A stretch of DNA of 63,875 nucleotides, the filler included, from Octopus bimaculoides (Eukaryota), in NCBI RefSeq assembly GCF_001194135.2. It is 7 parts of 6 records of this genome, joined end to end, with 100 filler letters (N's around TTAATTAATTAA, not from the genome) between each part and the next. Parts side by side here need not be neighbours in the genome. Positions count along the whole stretch, not along the records: positions 46,471 to 48,703 come from NC_068984.1; positions 48,804 to 61,024 come from NC_068993.1; positions 61,125 to 63,875 come from NC_068984.1; 4 more parts are not named here. One strand, given 5' to 3'. This document shows positions 48,525-62,000 of the stretch, piece by piece; within the stretch, counting starts at the first letter, position 1, and the number at the start of each line of letters is the position of its first letter. The notes below the pieces were generated by a model. That model searched no databases. It had not been told where the DNA came from and saw only the letters and a list, made by a program, of their open reading frames with translations. Position numbers and translations under genes: made by a program.

Positions 48525-48680
48525 ACTTTGTCACGCTGAATATCCCTGAGAACTACGGTAAGGGCACACGTGTCTGTGGAGTGCTCAGCCACTTGCACGT
48601 TAATTTCACGAGCAGGCTGTTCCGTTGATCGTATCAACTGGAACCCTCGACGTCATATGCGACGGAGTGCCAACAAACAA
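48525..48680 (+). mobile_element. 5'-truncated family-C SINE (3' half)
   Basis: Near-identical to 6890-7040. Confidence 0.9.
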
Positions 48681-48803
48681 CAATATATATATATATATAT
48701 ATANNNNNNNNNNNNNNNNNNNNNNNNNNNNNNNNNNNNNNNNNNNNTTAATTAATTAANNNNNNNNNNNNNNNNNNNNNNNNNNNNNNNNNNNNNNNNN
48801 NNN

Positions 48804-48842
<39 letters not shown>

Positions 48843-51097
48843 AGGGTGTGTAAGTACACATTACACATACAAACCATACACGCATGTATACACAAACACA
48901 TTTATATAAGCACTCCTATATTATATAAAGCTCGTAAATCCCAAGCTGAACAAAGAAAATAAAAACGAAATACATAGGCAGAATCTTAGAAAATTTGTGG
49001 AGGTGGTAAATATAATTCTAATAATTTGGATAATTTCTGCTTTGTTGCTTAAACTCCAATTTGAAATCAAATTTATTTCAACACACTTCTTCCAACTTAA
49101 AAAAATAGTGTTCATTTGCTTTAAGACTAAAAATTACAGAAGTAACTATTCCTTAAAATAAATATGATCAATAAGCTATCCTTTAAAAAAAAAAAGGTGT
49201 TTGTTCATGGAGTAGCTTCTTTGCCATTGTGGTGTCCTGAAAAAATAAAAAAGAAGAATAACAATGATAAAAATAAAATAAAACTTTTTATAAGAGGAAA
49301 GGAATATCCCTGTGTAAATTTCTCCCTTTAGTTGATGTTGATAGTTTGTTAAAGAATCTGGCAGAAGGCAAATTATAAGAGATTGAATGAAAACAAGATT
49401 AAAATAGATAAAGAAATTAATAAATAAAAATGATAAAAAAAATTTAGAAAAAGTAAACCGTTCCCTGCTCTTAAATGAAGTGATATATCACATCTTTTTT
49501 TCTTCTTTCTCTTTAAAGAAATAAAAAGTAAAAAGCAAATCTAATCTAAACCATCTTCAGTAATAGCTAGAAAGAGTTTATTTATTTTGGTAAATAGAAA
49601 GAATTCTGTGCCAGGCATTGTGATCGAGAAGCTGTGTAGCAGCAACAAGGTTCTTCTCAACATTCCAACAGCGAACTCGAAAGCTGAGTCAATATCCACT
49701 ATCTTAGTTAATGATATCTTATATAGATTGATTGATTATCATGCCACACTTGCGGCTGCTCCACCAATTCCTAGAACGCTTCTGTGTTCAACTACCAGAA
49801 CACTATTGCTTCTATAACAACACCTTTCATGCAAAAACAAAAATAAATAAAAGAAATAAAAAGAATGACAAATGAAAAATACAAAAATGCAGAAAACAAA
49901 AAAATTCTCTTCCAAATATTTATTCCTCCTGATAGGCACACACAACTTTCTGCCAGTCTCCTGCATCTCTCTTTAACTGAATGAAAGAATTGGTCAGGTG
50001 CACAGCTTTCATAGTTTGATCTGACATGGTCTGATGCCAAGCTTTTGGACAGAATCTTCAAATCAGATTTTCTAATTCGATAAAACTTTCCTTACTCTCT
50101 TCCGTTTTGCTTATTTAGTGTCTCAGAAATCACAACCAAATAATTTCATTGACTATTACACATATATGTGCACATACACACGCACATACACACAGAGGCA
50201 AACACACACACACACATGCAAACACACACACACACACACTTACAAACACACAGATGTGTATTTGAGTATTTTGTTAAACACACAAGTATACAGTCTATTA
50301 ACCAATATTAAACAGTTGGTAGGGTAACGAGCTGGTAGGATCGTTAGCACAGAAGGCAAAGAGCATAGTGACATTTCATCCATCTGTACACTCTGAGTTC
50401 AAATTCTACTGAGGTCATCTTTGCCTTTCATTCTTTCGGAGTCAATAAAAGAAATACCATTTGAGCACTGGGGTCAGTGTAATTGACTCCCATGAAACTG
50501 CCGGCCTTGTGCTAAAATTTAAATCATGACAAAGCAATTGGTGATGTGGCAGAATCATTAAAGTGTCAGGTAAAAATTCTCTTCAGGATTTCTTCCAAAT
50601 CTGTGCATTCTGAGTTCAAGTCCTGCAATGACCAACTTAGATTGTTTTTTTTTCTCTTTCTTTTGGTGTTGTCAAAAAAACGTACACATCTAAATTGGTG
50701 AATTAGCAGAAATGCAAGAATATTGAGGAGGGATGATGCATTTGTAGTATTTATTCTAGCTCTTTGCATTCTGGGTTCGAATCCTACCAAGGCCTTTTGT
50801 TTTATATTACCATATTGGCACTTTGGGTGTCTTGAATAACTTCTGTTGAAAGCCTTTGATCCAAGTTTCCAATTTGTGGTTGATTCCTCTGTGTTTTTGA
50901 AAACCTACCAAATAAAAATGTTCTTTTACTTTTAAAAACAGGTAAGAGTTTCTAATCTGAAGAGCATCTGGCTATAAAATTCGGCCTAAAATGTATCCTC
51001 CTCCAACTCATACTAGTATGGAAAAGGAGATGCTTTACAATGTATCTTTTGAGAGATTCCTCGTATAATCTCTTTTGAGAGATTTCTCTTATAATAG

Positions 51098-51487
51098 ATG
51101 CTGGTGTGGCTGTGTGGTAAGAAGTTTGCTTCCCAACCACATGGTTCCAGGTTCAGTCCCTTCCACTGTGGCACCTTGGGAAGGTATCTCCTATTATAAG
51201 CGTCAGATTGACCAAAATCTTGTGAGTGGATTTTGAAGACCAAAACTGAAAGAAGCTTGTCATGTATGTGCGTGTATCTTTGTGTCTGTATTTGTGTCTT
51301 GGCAACCGGTGCTGGTGTGTTTACATCCCTGTAACTTAACAGTTCAGCGAAAGAGACCAATTGAATAAGTACCAAGCTTTAAAAAAATAAAATAAACTAT
51401 GTACGGGGCACTGATTCATTCAACTAAAAATTCTTTAAGGCAATGCTCTAGCATGGGCACAGTCTAATGACTGAAATAAGTAAAACC
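51098..51487 (+). mobile_element. Family-B SINE, full length
   Basis: gctggtgtggctgtgtggtaagaagtttgcttcccaaccacatggttccaggttcagtccc ... gcatgggcacagtctaatgactgaaataag. Confidence 0.9.
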
Positions 51488-51489
51488 AC

Positions 51490-51578
51490 GGACATATGGC
51501 ATAGTGGTTAAGAGCGCAGGCTACTAACCCCAAGATTCCGAGTTCGATTCCAGGCAGGGACCTGAATAATAATAATAA
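51490..51578 (+). mobile_element. Very short tRNA-derived retroposon (tRNA-like head plus (TAA)n tail)
   Basis: A box tggcatagtgg, B box gagttcgattcc; the acceptor stem does not pair, so this is not a functional tRNA. Confidence 0.7.
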
Positions 51579-52643
51579 AATCTAAAGAATAAAAATGAAA
51601 TGCTACTTAGTAAAAAGGGTTATTTTTCATTAATTTCTACTTCCTGTTTGATAATTTTTATACAAAAGAACTTAATCTGTGGTTAGGAAAATTCCGGTCA
51701 CATCACTTTTCATGAGAGGAGGGTGAAGTGTTTTAGTATATTTTTACTTCCTGTTTCATAATTTTTATGCAGAAACTTAATTTGTAGCAATGGAAAGTTC
51801 AGTGACATCAACTCTTATGAGATATCAGCTGCTGCATCATGCTATAACATAATATATGATATTAAAAGGATGCTATTATAGACAGTGAAGTATAGACAAG
51901 AAGGATTGATCTGATGTCAATTCTGAGCGGAAATACTATTTTTTCTTTTCTTTTCTTTTTTTTTTGTCCTTTTTGCTTTAGTTTTTTTTTTTTTTTTTGC
52001 TTTGATATTTTGGATCTGTGAANNNNNNNNNNNNNNNNNNNNNNNNNNNNNNNNNNNNNNNNNNNNNNNNNNNNNNNNNNNNNNNNNNNNNNNNNNNNNN
52101 NNNNNNNNNNNNNNNNNNNNNNNNNNNNNNNNNNNNNNNNNNNNNNNNNNNNNNNNNNNNNNNNNNNNNNNNNNNNNNNNNNNNNNNNNNNNNNNNNNNN
52201 NNNNNNNNNNNNNNNNNNNNNNNNNNNNNNNNNNNNNNNNNNNNNNNNNNNNNNNNNNNNNNNNNNNNNNNNNNNNNNNNNNNNNNNNNNNNNNNNNNNN
52301 NNNNNNNNNNNNNNNNNNNNNNNNNNNNNNNNNNNNNNNNNNNNNNNNNNNNNNNNNNNNNNNNNNNNNNNNNNNNNNNNNNNNNNNNNNNNNNNNNNNN
52401 NNNNNNNNNNNNNNNNNNNNNNNNNNNNNNNNNNNNNNNNNNNNNNNNNNNNNNNNNNNNNNNNNNNNNNNNNNNNNNNNNNNNNNNNNNNNNNNNNNNN
52501 NNNNNNNNNNNNNNNNNNNNNNNNNNNNNNNNNNNNNNNNNNNNNNNNNNNNNNNNNNNNNNNNNNNNNNNNNNNNNNNNNNNNNNNNNNNNNNNNNNNN
52601 NNNNNNNNNNNNNNNNNNNNNNNNNNNNNNNNNNNNNNNTATG

Positions 52644-52675
<32 letters not shown>

Positions 52676-53169
52676 GATACACAACATAAATATTTCACCA
52701 TTGTCTTAATGGCCTTGTGTATTCATGGTCACTAATAAGCAGATCTTTATCCAGTACGCAACAACTACATAATTTATGGTTTTCTTCAGTACACAACCTT
52801 AAACATTAAAGCTAAATAGGAGTTTTGAATACAAATAATATCACCCAGAGCTGCATAACATAAAGAAACAAATGTTTTGATCCCCTGGCCTAGAATAGAT
52901 TAATTGCTACGGCTATTTCCAATTCAGACTGAAGTGGACATCCATCTTATTCTTCATATCAAAATGTCCCCAGTGCAATTTGGTGTCTAAACTATCAAAG
53001 CTTAGCTACCGGCTTTGCTCCGATCGGGTGTTGGTTGTTATAGATCCTAGCTGATAATAAGTTGGGTGTCTGTGAAAGTCATCCATTTTGGCATCAATCA
53101 AGTTTTGGTAAATGGATGCTTAACTTTAGTGATCTGACATAACCACTATTTACAATATTACAAAATAAC

Positions 53170-53220
53170 AGTGCATGCACAAACACACACACACAGACTC
53201 TATACATGTGTGTGTGTGTG

Positions 53221-53287
<67 letters not shown>

Positions 53288-53418
53288 TTCTCTCTCTATG
53301 CATATCTATGTCTATATTCATATGTATATATACATATATACATACATATGTATGTGTATTTATATATTTATATATATGTATGTATATATATATATCTATA
53401 TACATATGTATGTCTATG

Positions 53419-53467
<49 letters not shown>

Positions 53468-53790
53468 TTATAAATATATATATATACATATTTATATACA
53501 TATGATATATATATATACACATATATACATGTATATATTTATATATATATTTATAAATATAAATATATATATATATATATAATGCATATATGTAACGTCT
53601 ATGCACACAGGCAAGCTCATAAGTATTTACAAAGATATATATGTACATGCAATGTCTACATACACAGATACACACATGCTCGTATATTATGTGTGTGTAT
53701 ATGTGTATACCAATACACACACACACATGTATGTATGATCATATGTATGCATGTTTATATGAGAGTGTCTATGCATGTACGCGTTTGATA
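53170..53790. repeat. CA/CT/TA microsatellite mosaic (similar block at 55600-56060)
   Basis: Direct reading. Confidence 0.95.
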
Positions 53791-54935
53791 AATAATCACC
53801 GTTCCAATAGAATTGAATGCTTAATTTCAATAAAGTATCCTTTATTTTCCATAATATACATCTAATAAATCAGAACGCTTAGCTATTCCATAATTCAAAA
53901 CGCATTTGAATATTTCCTGTGATCATAATTACTCTGTAATGTATAGAACCATGATAGATATTTGCAACCAAAGAGCCCACGAGTCAAAGCATGGAGGTCC
54001 AAACTAAATTTTCTTAAATGTCTCTTTTTATCACAACATATTCCCTGATCACTGACCATCATTAAATTGCGATCTGCATTCACGACCAGAATCGTTTATT
54101 ATATGCAGCTCTCAGAATTATTTCCCACCTCGTTTATTTGTGCTTCCTGCTAGTTGTGTATCTCTTGCAAATACAAGCCTGTATCAAATTTAATAAAAAT
54201 CCAAATAGGTTAAGCTGAGCAAAACATTGAAATGTTGGCATCTATGAAATTCTGGGACTTGGTTGGGGAAGAAATTAGTGAATAATTCTTTGTTGAGAGA
54301 CATTCCAATGGTAGTAATTAAACATGATGATATATATGAACATTTTATGAATTCCAGGAGACGCGCTCTCATCTCTTTGAGTAAGCTTCAATGTCGTCGT
54401 TCTAATTCTTTAAGTGATGCTCGAGGTGTCGTGGTTTCATGATGAAATTCTTCTAGTTTCTAATGTTCCAAATTGAATTGAAGGCATACAGACAATTATA
54501 TTGATGGCGCTGAATTCAGAATTTACTTATCGTCTCAGAACCAACATTAGTAATAAGAACACGAAAACAAAAACAAAAGAAGAAAAAGAAAATTAACAAA
54601 AAAAAAATGTGTTTAGAAAATGGTTAAGAACATAGTTTAAGGGTGTGAAAATGAACTTGAAATTGTCTCTAATGACATTTTCTAAAGATGATGGTAGTTG
54701 TACTGAAGAAACTTTTGGGAAAAGCTAACTTTCACTTCCTTCCATTAACAAGAGGTAAATGATGTTATTTCCGCACTCACTTCTAAAATACAGAGAAATT
54801 TTTGCTTTTTTTTGTGTGTGTGTGTGAATGTGTTTTAAGACTGTGATTTTGATTACATTTTTGTCACAATTAACCTGTATCTCTTGGTATATTTACATAT
54901 AAGTATGCACACAAATATATACTTTCATTTGTACA

Positions 54936-54983
<48 letters not shown>

Positions 54984-55730
54984 ATATAGTTAATTTTATT
55001 TGCTTTTATGCATACAGAACACTTTTAACTGTATGCATGTAGGTAAGTATCTCTATCTATTTATTTGTGTGTGAGGGGGGGGGGCAGGGAAACAAGTTTT
55101 TTAGATGAATAAAAGTATAATGAAATGGAGTTAAAAATGTACTTGAGTCTTTATTTGTGTTCGATTAACCAGTTTCACAATTTCTTGATTTTCAAAAGTA
55201 AGGCGAGAGAAAAGATGAGCTGCTATACTTTAAATGTTGGCACTCTGACCAGAGTTTAAAAATTCACTCCTTTTAATCATGTGATTACTGTTTATAGCCC
55301 TATCGATACAAGGTGGAAGATGGTCATGAGGTCAAAGTCGACCTCGGCAGAATTTGAACTCAGAACGTAAAGACAGACGTAAAACCACTAAGCATTTTGC
55401 CTGGTGTGTTAATGTTTCTGCCAGCTCGCTTCCTTACAGCAACAACAACACTAAGAATACAACCATTAGTTGCAGTCACAAGCAAAGTTTGTGCACTGAA
55501 TGGTCTCCTGTTTGAAAAGTTCAGTTAAGTTTTTAAATGAATTTCACATCTCCATAAATAACAAACATACAGAAATAAGTATATCTCTAAATCTATGTGC
55601 ATACATATAGAAGAGTAATATGCATATACTTCTACTTGGATATAGAGAGGTACATACACACACACACACCACACAGAAGTGCACATATACGTATGTATGT
55701 GCATATATACAAACATTATATATACATATG

Positions 55731-55766
<36 letters not shown>

Positions 55767-56720
55767 CACAAACATATATATACACACATACACATACATA
55801 CACACACACACACATATATGTATGTATATATACATATATAACTATATATATATACACACATATATATGCATATATATACATATATACACACACATCTATG
55901 TGTATGTTTATATAAGTGTCACTCTTTCTCTCTCTCTATACATATATATATACACACTTACACAAACACACACACACACATGTGTACGCATGGGTATGTA
56001 TGCATATATGTCTGCATACACATACACATGCATCATTCCATGCATACATACACACCTTTACTCATCATCTACCAAAAGGTGAAATATTTCCTGTGGCTCT
56101 GGAAATATCAGAAATGCCAGAAAGAAAGTTTGATTTAGAATTCACCTTCTTCTTAGAATTTTAAATGGAATCAATGAGTATTAGCTTAGATACATTGGTA
56201 TTTCTAAACATTCCTTTCAAATAGAATTATGGAACTAATTTCCAATGAGGAATTTCGATTTAGCGTCAAACACTTTGAACGATGGAATCTTCAGAATGTG
56301 TTTGAAATCTTTAATGATGGATTACATTTTGGTTTTCATTTTTATCTCTTTTTGTCTATATTTATGGATTTATTATTACACATTTTTTTTCTGATTGAAA
56401 TATGCTTTTATTTGATAGGTGTTTAATAAATGTCAGAATAGTAAGTAAATATAACAACACCATTGACATCATCAGCAACAACAACGGCAACAATAATAAT
56501 CCTTTCTACTAAAGGCACTCGGTCTGAAATTCTGGGGGTGATGGTGGGGGACTAGTCAATCCCATCGACCCTAGTGTTTCGCTGGTACTTAACTTATCGA
56601 CTCTGAAAGGATGAAAGGCAAAGTCGACCTCAGCGAAATTTGAACTTAGAATGTAGAGATAAACAGAATGCCACTGATCATTTTGTCCTGTGCGCTAATG
56701 ACTCAGCCAGCTCAGTGCCT

Positions 56721-56752
<32 letters not shown>

Positions 56753-59214
56753 GTGGTGATCGTGATGGTGATGGTGATGATGATGATGATGAGGAAGAGG
56801 AGGATCAACAAGTCCTAAAAATAACTTTGTCAACCTGAAAATACCTGATTCACTTAAAACTCGTTCAAAATTGAAGAATCACAAATTTAACAGAATTTTG
56901 GTTCTCAGAATCTGGTTTCCTTCCCAAGCAATACGTCATTGCTAAACCTAAATAATAAAACAATTGCAATAACAGTTTGCATTTTGGGCACAAGGCCAGC
57001 AATGGAGAAAGTGGGGTGGGTTAGTTGATGCCATCCATAAGGGTAGCTTATTAGGAGGGCAGGAATTGAACTCAGAATGTAAAAAGCTGGAATAAATGTA
57101 AATGTGACAAAGTAACTTTATGAATGCTCTAAAGGTTCTGTCAGCTCATCACCCTCAGTAATAATGATGACAACCAGTTATGAACTGGGGTCAATGTAAT
57201 CGACTTAATCCCTTTGTCTGTTCTTGTTTCTCCCCTCTATGTTTAGCCCCTTGTGGGCAATAAAGAAATAAGTATATATGTGTGTGTGAGTGTGTATGTG
57301 TAAATGGGAGTATGTATATATATATATGTATGAGTATGAGTGTGTGTCTATTTGTATCTCCTTGACTTGACATCACATGACAGTTGTAAACGAGTTTCCC
57401 TGTCATACAGGCAGTGTTGTTTATTTCCAGTCTTCCATGGAAACATGTCTGACCACGGAGAAATATTACCTTGTCTGGAAATCGGCTGAGGATTGGTGAC
57501 ATAACAACCATCAGTATGTAGAAAATCTGACCCCATGCACAAGGGGCCATTAAACAAGGATAATAATGATAATACATATATCAGATCGGAAGAGCGTCNN
57601 NNNNNNNNNNNNNNNNNNNNNNNNNNNNNNNNNNNNNNNNNNNNNNNNNNNNNNNNNNNNNNNNNNNNNNNNNNNNNNNNNNNNNNNNNNNNNNNNNNNN
57701 NNNNNNNNNNNNNNNNNNNNNNNNNNNNNNNNNNNNNNNNNNNNNNNNNNNNNNNNNNNNNNNNNNNNNNNNNNNNNNNNNNNNNNNNNNNNNNNNNNNN
57801 NNNNNNNNNNNNNNNNNNNNNNNNNNNNNNNNNNNNNNNNNNNNNNNNNNNNNNNNNNNNNNNNNNNNNNNNNNNNNNNNNNNNNNNNNNNNNNNNNNNN
57901 NNNNNNNNNNNNNNNNNNNNNNNNNNNNNNNNNNNNNNNNNNNNNNNNNNNNNNNNNNNNNNNNNNNNNNNNNNNNNNNNNNNNNNNNNNNNNNNNNNNN
58001 NNNNNNNNNNNNNNNNNNNNNNNNNNNNNNNNNNNNNNNNNNNNNNNNNNNNNNNNNNNNNNNNNNNNNNNNNNNNNNNNNNNNNNNNNNNNNNNNNNNN
58101 NNNNNNNNNNNNNNNNNNNNNNNNNNNNNNNNNNNNNNNNNNNNNNNNNNNNNNNNNNNNNNNNNNNNNNNNNNNNNNNNNNNNNNNNNNNNNNNNNNNN
58201 NNNNNNNNNNNNNNNNNNNNNNNNNNGGTGGTGGTGGTGGTGGTGGTGGTGGTGGTGGTGAGGAGGAGGAGGAGGAGAAGGAGAAGGAGAAGGAGAAGAA
58301 GAAGAAGAACAACAACAACAACAAAAGCAATGACAACAATGAATAAATAAATAGATAAATAAATGATGTGGCTGAGGTACAAGTAAAGTAGAACAACTGG
58401 AAGTAAAATGGCAGATCAGTATGGCAGAATGAAGCAAACATCTTGGACTAATGATTTAAGCCAATTCTAATAGTATATCATGTATTGTAATGAGGGATTC
58501 TGAGGTGAAATACTTTCATTTATGGAATGCATTCATGTAGAACTTTCTTATAAAGAATTATGAGTTTTGTTATTCCTCCAAGACTGATACTGCTTTCAAC
58601 TTCTGTACACTATTTCACAAAATGATAACAAAATGTTCAATCACCCAATATAAGAGGAAATATCATTTTAGTTTATTCTGACTGCTGCTGCTGCTGTTGC
58701 TGCTGGTATTATCAAAATTATTGATTTAATGACACTAACGTATGGTAGTTGTTGTCTCGTGGTATGTTACAATGGTGAACTTAGTAGTACTGTGTAAGTG
58801 TAGTATATAAACAGAGAAATTTTAGAAGGTTTCTAAAGAAAATATGAATTTAAATTTGTTACTTCGTTTGTGTTATTAGAGTTAAATGTAAATTATAAAA
58901 GCTGATTGTGTTATGATATTTTAAAAGTTGAACAATTTGTAGAATATTTGATATATTTGGTAGGTGTGTGGCACTCATCTAACCCACAACGCATCCAAGA
59001 ATTTATACCGCTGAAATATAGATGTGTATATCTTTCTCATCATTATTTGATATCTGTTTTCCATGCTGGAATTGGCTGGACAATGTATATATTCTCTCTC
59101 TCTTTCACATGCACACACACACACACATATATATATTTACAGGGAGAGAGAGAGAGAGAAGGAGAGAGAGGGTGACAGAGAGATATATATAAAGAAACAT
59201 CTATATGAATATAC

Positions 59215-59263
<49 letters not shown>

Positions 59264-59661
59264 GCTTATTTCTCCAGCATTCACCACTTCACTTCGTTAT
59301 GACTTAACAGTCCTTACCATTTATTTTCCCTGACCTGTGTTTGTTACCAATTTTGACCCACCGCAAATCCCAAATTTTATTTAATTTCCTTTGTGGGAGT
59401 AACTGTTTTGATGAAGACACATCTTGTCCTAACGTTCGAAATATGGAGTAGATAAAACAGTGGACAACTGATGAATGGATTCTTCTTTATGTTGTCTGTC
59501 TTGTTTTTCTATTTGCTTCTTTCGTTGTTCACAAAAAAAGTTCGTTTTCCATCTTTTTGCATTTCATGTTCCCGTTTTCCATGTTGTCTATGTTTTTTGA
59601 CATCCTGTACCCATATATGCTTGTGTATATACATATATATGTAAATACATATATGTATATA

Positions 59662-59719
<58 letters not shown>

Positions 59720-60199
59720 CAATATGTGACCATGTGTGTATCATTGGCGATTTTCTTTCTCCATCTTTGAACTTTTTCTATATTCCTAATGAAGAGCTCC
59801 ACTTGAAACGTGAAATCTTCTTTCTTTTCTTTACTTACCTGAGTGTCCAATAACACAGTACTTGTTCCACGTCCTTGTGTTGTTGTTTTATTCTTGTTTG
59901 TATATGGTGGGATATTAATAGGTAACTTTCTACAAAATAAATTATTCCAGAATAAATATTTCAAGTAGGATGTGTGAAGGTGTGATAATACAAATAGCTA
60001 TGAAAAAAAGTAAAAGAAAAGAAATACACTATGGATAAGAATAAAAAAAATATTGTGCTGAAAAAAAGAAAATAAAAAAAAATGAAGAAAAATATTTAAT
60101 AAGAAAATAAACAAGCACAACAACAATAACATCAATAACAAAATGAACAAATACCTACAAAAGAGAAAAATTATAACAATAATAATTCTTTCTTTTTAC

Positions 60200-60410
60200 T
60201 GGAAGCACGTGGCCTCAAATTTGGGAGGAGGGATTAAATCAATTACACGCCCCCAGAGCATAACTGGTACTTATTTAATCAACACCGAAAGGATGAAAGG
60301 CAAAGTTGACCTCGGCAGAATTTGAACTCAGAATCTAGCGATGGGTAAAACTATTAAGCATTTTGCCCGGTGTGCTAACATTTCTGCCAGCTCACTACCT
60401 CAATAAAAGC
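60200..60410 (-). mobile_element. Family-A SINE (further copies at about 7050-7440, 31100-31290, 50330-50530, 55290-55440, 56480-56720)
   Basis: Reverse complement of the 34389-34600 type consensus. Confidence 0.85.
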
Positions 60411-60901
60411 AACAATAATAATAATAATAATAACAATAGCAATAATAATGATGTACAATATATAATTTGATATAAATATATGTAAGCCGTAATTTGTGGA
60501 AGGAATTTTACCTAAATTGTTTTTTTTTTAATCTATTTTGTAGTAACAATACATTAGAACAGAAATCAGTTTTTTCCTCCTCCTCCCTTTCTTCTTCTTC
60601 TTCTCCCTCCTTCTCCTCCTCTTCCTCTAACTTTTCCTTTCTCTCTCTCTTTCTCTTGCACCACCTCTTATAAGCATTATAAACTCAAATATTTATATGT
60701 TGAATCGAATAACATTTTTCTATAAAGCTTGTTTACATTGTTGTCTCTCTTGGGATTATCTGTTTGTTAGAAAATGTCGGGAGTTGAAGTGACTGAACAG
60801 GGAGTGAACGAGTGGATGTGGTGATGGCATTTGACTTTTGAGACAATCGTTGCCATAGTGTGTGTGCGTGTGTCTTTCCCTCCCTCCCACCTTCTCTTTC
60901 C

Positions 60902-60949
<48 letters not shown>

Positions 60950-61399
60950 GTGTGTGTATATGTAAATATACACACACACGCACACATATATATATATACA
61001 TATATATGTGGATGCATGTATATANNNNNNNNNNNNNNNNNNNNNNNNNNNNNNNNNNNNNNNNNNNNTTAATTAATTAANNNNNNNNNNNNNNNNNNNN
61101 NNNNNNNNNNNNNNNNNNNNNNNNTATATATATATATATATATATATATATCAATTGGTGACACTGTGAGGTTCCAGGACTTCATAATTACTTTCAAGTA
61201 GTTAAAGTGAGTTGATGAATTGCTAGTTCTATCAGCAGGAAGTTAACCCTAGACTGACCGTTGGCTGAAACGCTCTTCCACCCAGACTACGTCATGTAGT
61301 TTCGCCGAATGAAGATCATGCGTCGAATGGAGATTAATGCACGCAAATTCACATCCACTATGCTGTTTCCCATGTCTTTGCCATTGACTTTTCGTCATT

Positions 61400-61975
61400 G
61401 AGGATATGCACCCTACTGAGTGGCTGTTGACTCTTACTCTGCCCTTTTATGGGTTTTGCTTTTCAGGGTGTCCAAATATATGCACTGGAAAGCATACTTC
61501 TTCAAGAATTTGACCGCTAGCAAATAACTTATCATTGATAACTTAGGCTTTCAATCACGAAAATGTCCTTTCTGGATAAGGGGCCGTAAGAATTTGAATG
61601 CTGACTTGATAAACAACATCAAAAAGGTAAGATTTCAGCACCGTTCTAACTCTCTTTTAAACTCTTTAGAGAGGTACACGGAACACTTTAAGCATTCATC
61701 AAATGCACACATTCTCACTGACAAAAGAAAGAATATGCGAAAAAATACCTCCACACACGAAAGACACCTTTCAAACACCATCATACAAAGCATAGAAAAA
61801 CATCTCTACGTACAATCCTACTCCTCGAATATAGAGCATTCTGTGGACCACCTTACCCTGTAAACATTTTATCACGCTTAAAGATCAGAATCCCCTCTTT
61901 CCTATCTTAAATGTAGATTAATCAGCTCCTTTAAAAGTGAGATAGACATTGTTAGTAAGTGTACACACCCTAGCG
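61400..61975 (+). mobile_element. Penelope-like element (Neptune/Naiad-type) N-terminal/RT-fingers relic
   Basis: ADLINNIKKVRFQH...SSNAHILTDK..N (cf. DL..LI.NI.FR...ADKT.N) and FITLKDQNP...KCRLISSFKSEIDIVSK (cf. FITLKDHK...KCRLINP.KSEIG.VSK). Confidence 0.75.
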
Positions 61976-62000
61976 TACAACACTACAAGCATTTTTACGT

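Noticed and set aside
49587-49817. 76-aa ORF in a less AT-rich island
   Set aside because: No recognisable motif in any frame and no convincing donor; left unassigned.
53171-53865. YI/HT/CV-repeat ORFs (also 36.3-36.7, 55.5-56.1, 59.5-59.9 kb)
   Set aside because: Translations of dinucleotide microsatellites.
56229-56426. 65-aa ORF after a plausible acceptor
   Set aside because: No strong donor, no recognisable family and no partner exons found.
58915-59010. Minus-strand exon-like GINSWMRCGLDECHTPTKY...
   Set aside because: Single short segment with no linked exon; chance cannot be excluded.
61285-61315. Minus-strand GAAA-CTAC-ATGAC-GTAG-TC (perfect hammerhead helix III with GUC)
   Set aside because: No correctly placed CUGANGA with helices I and II.
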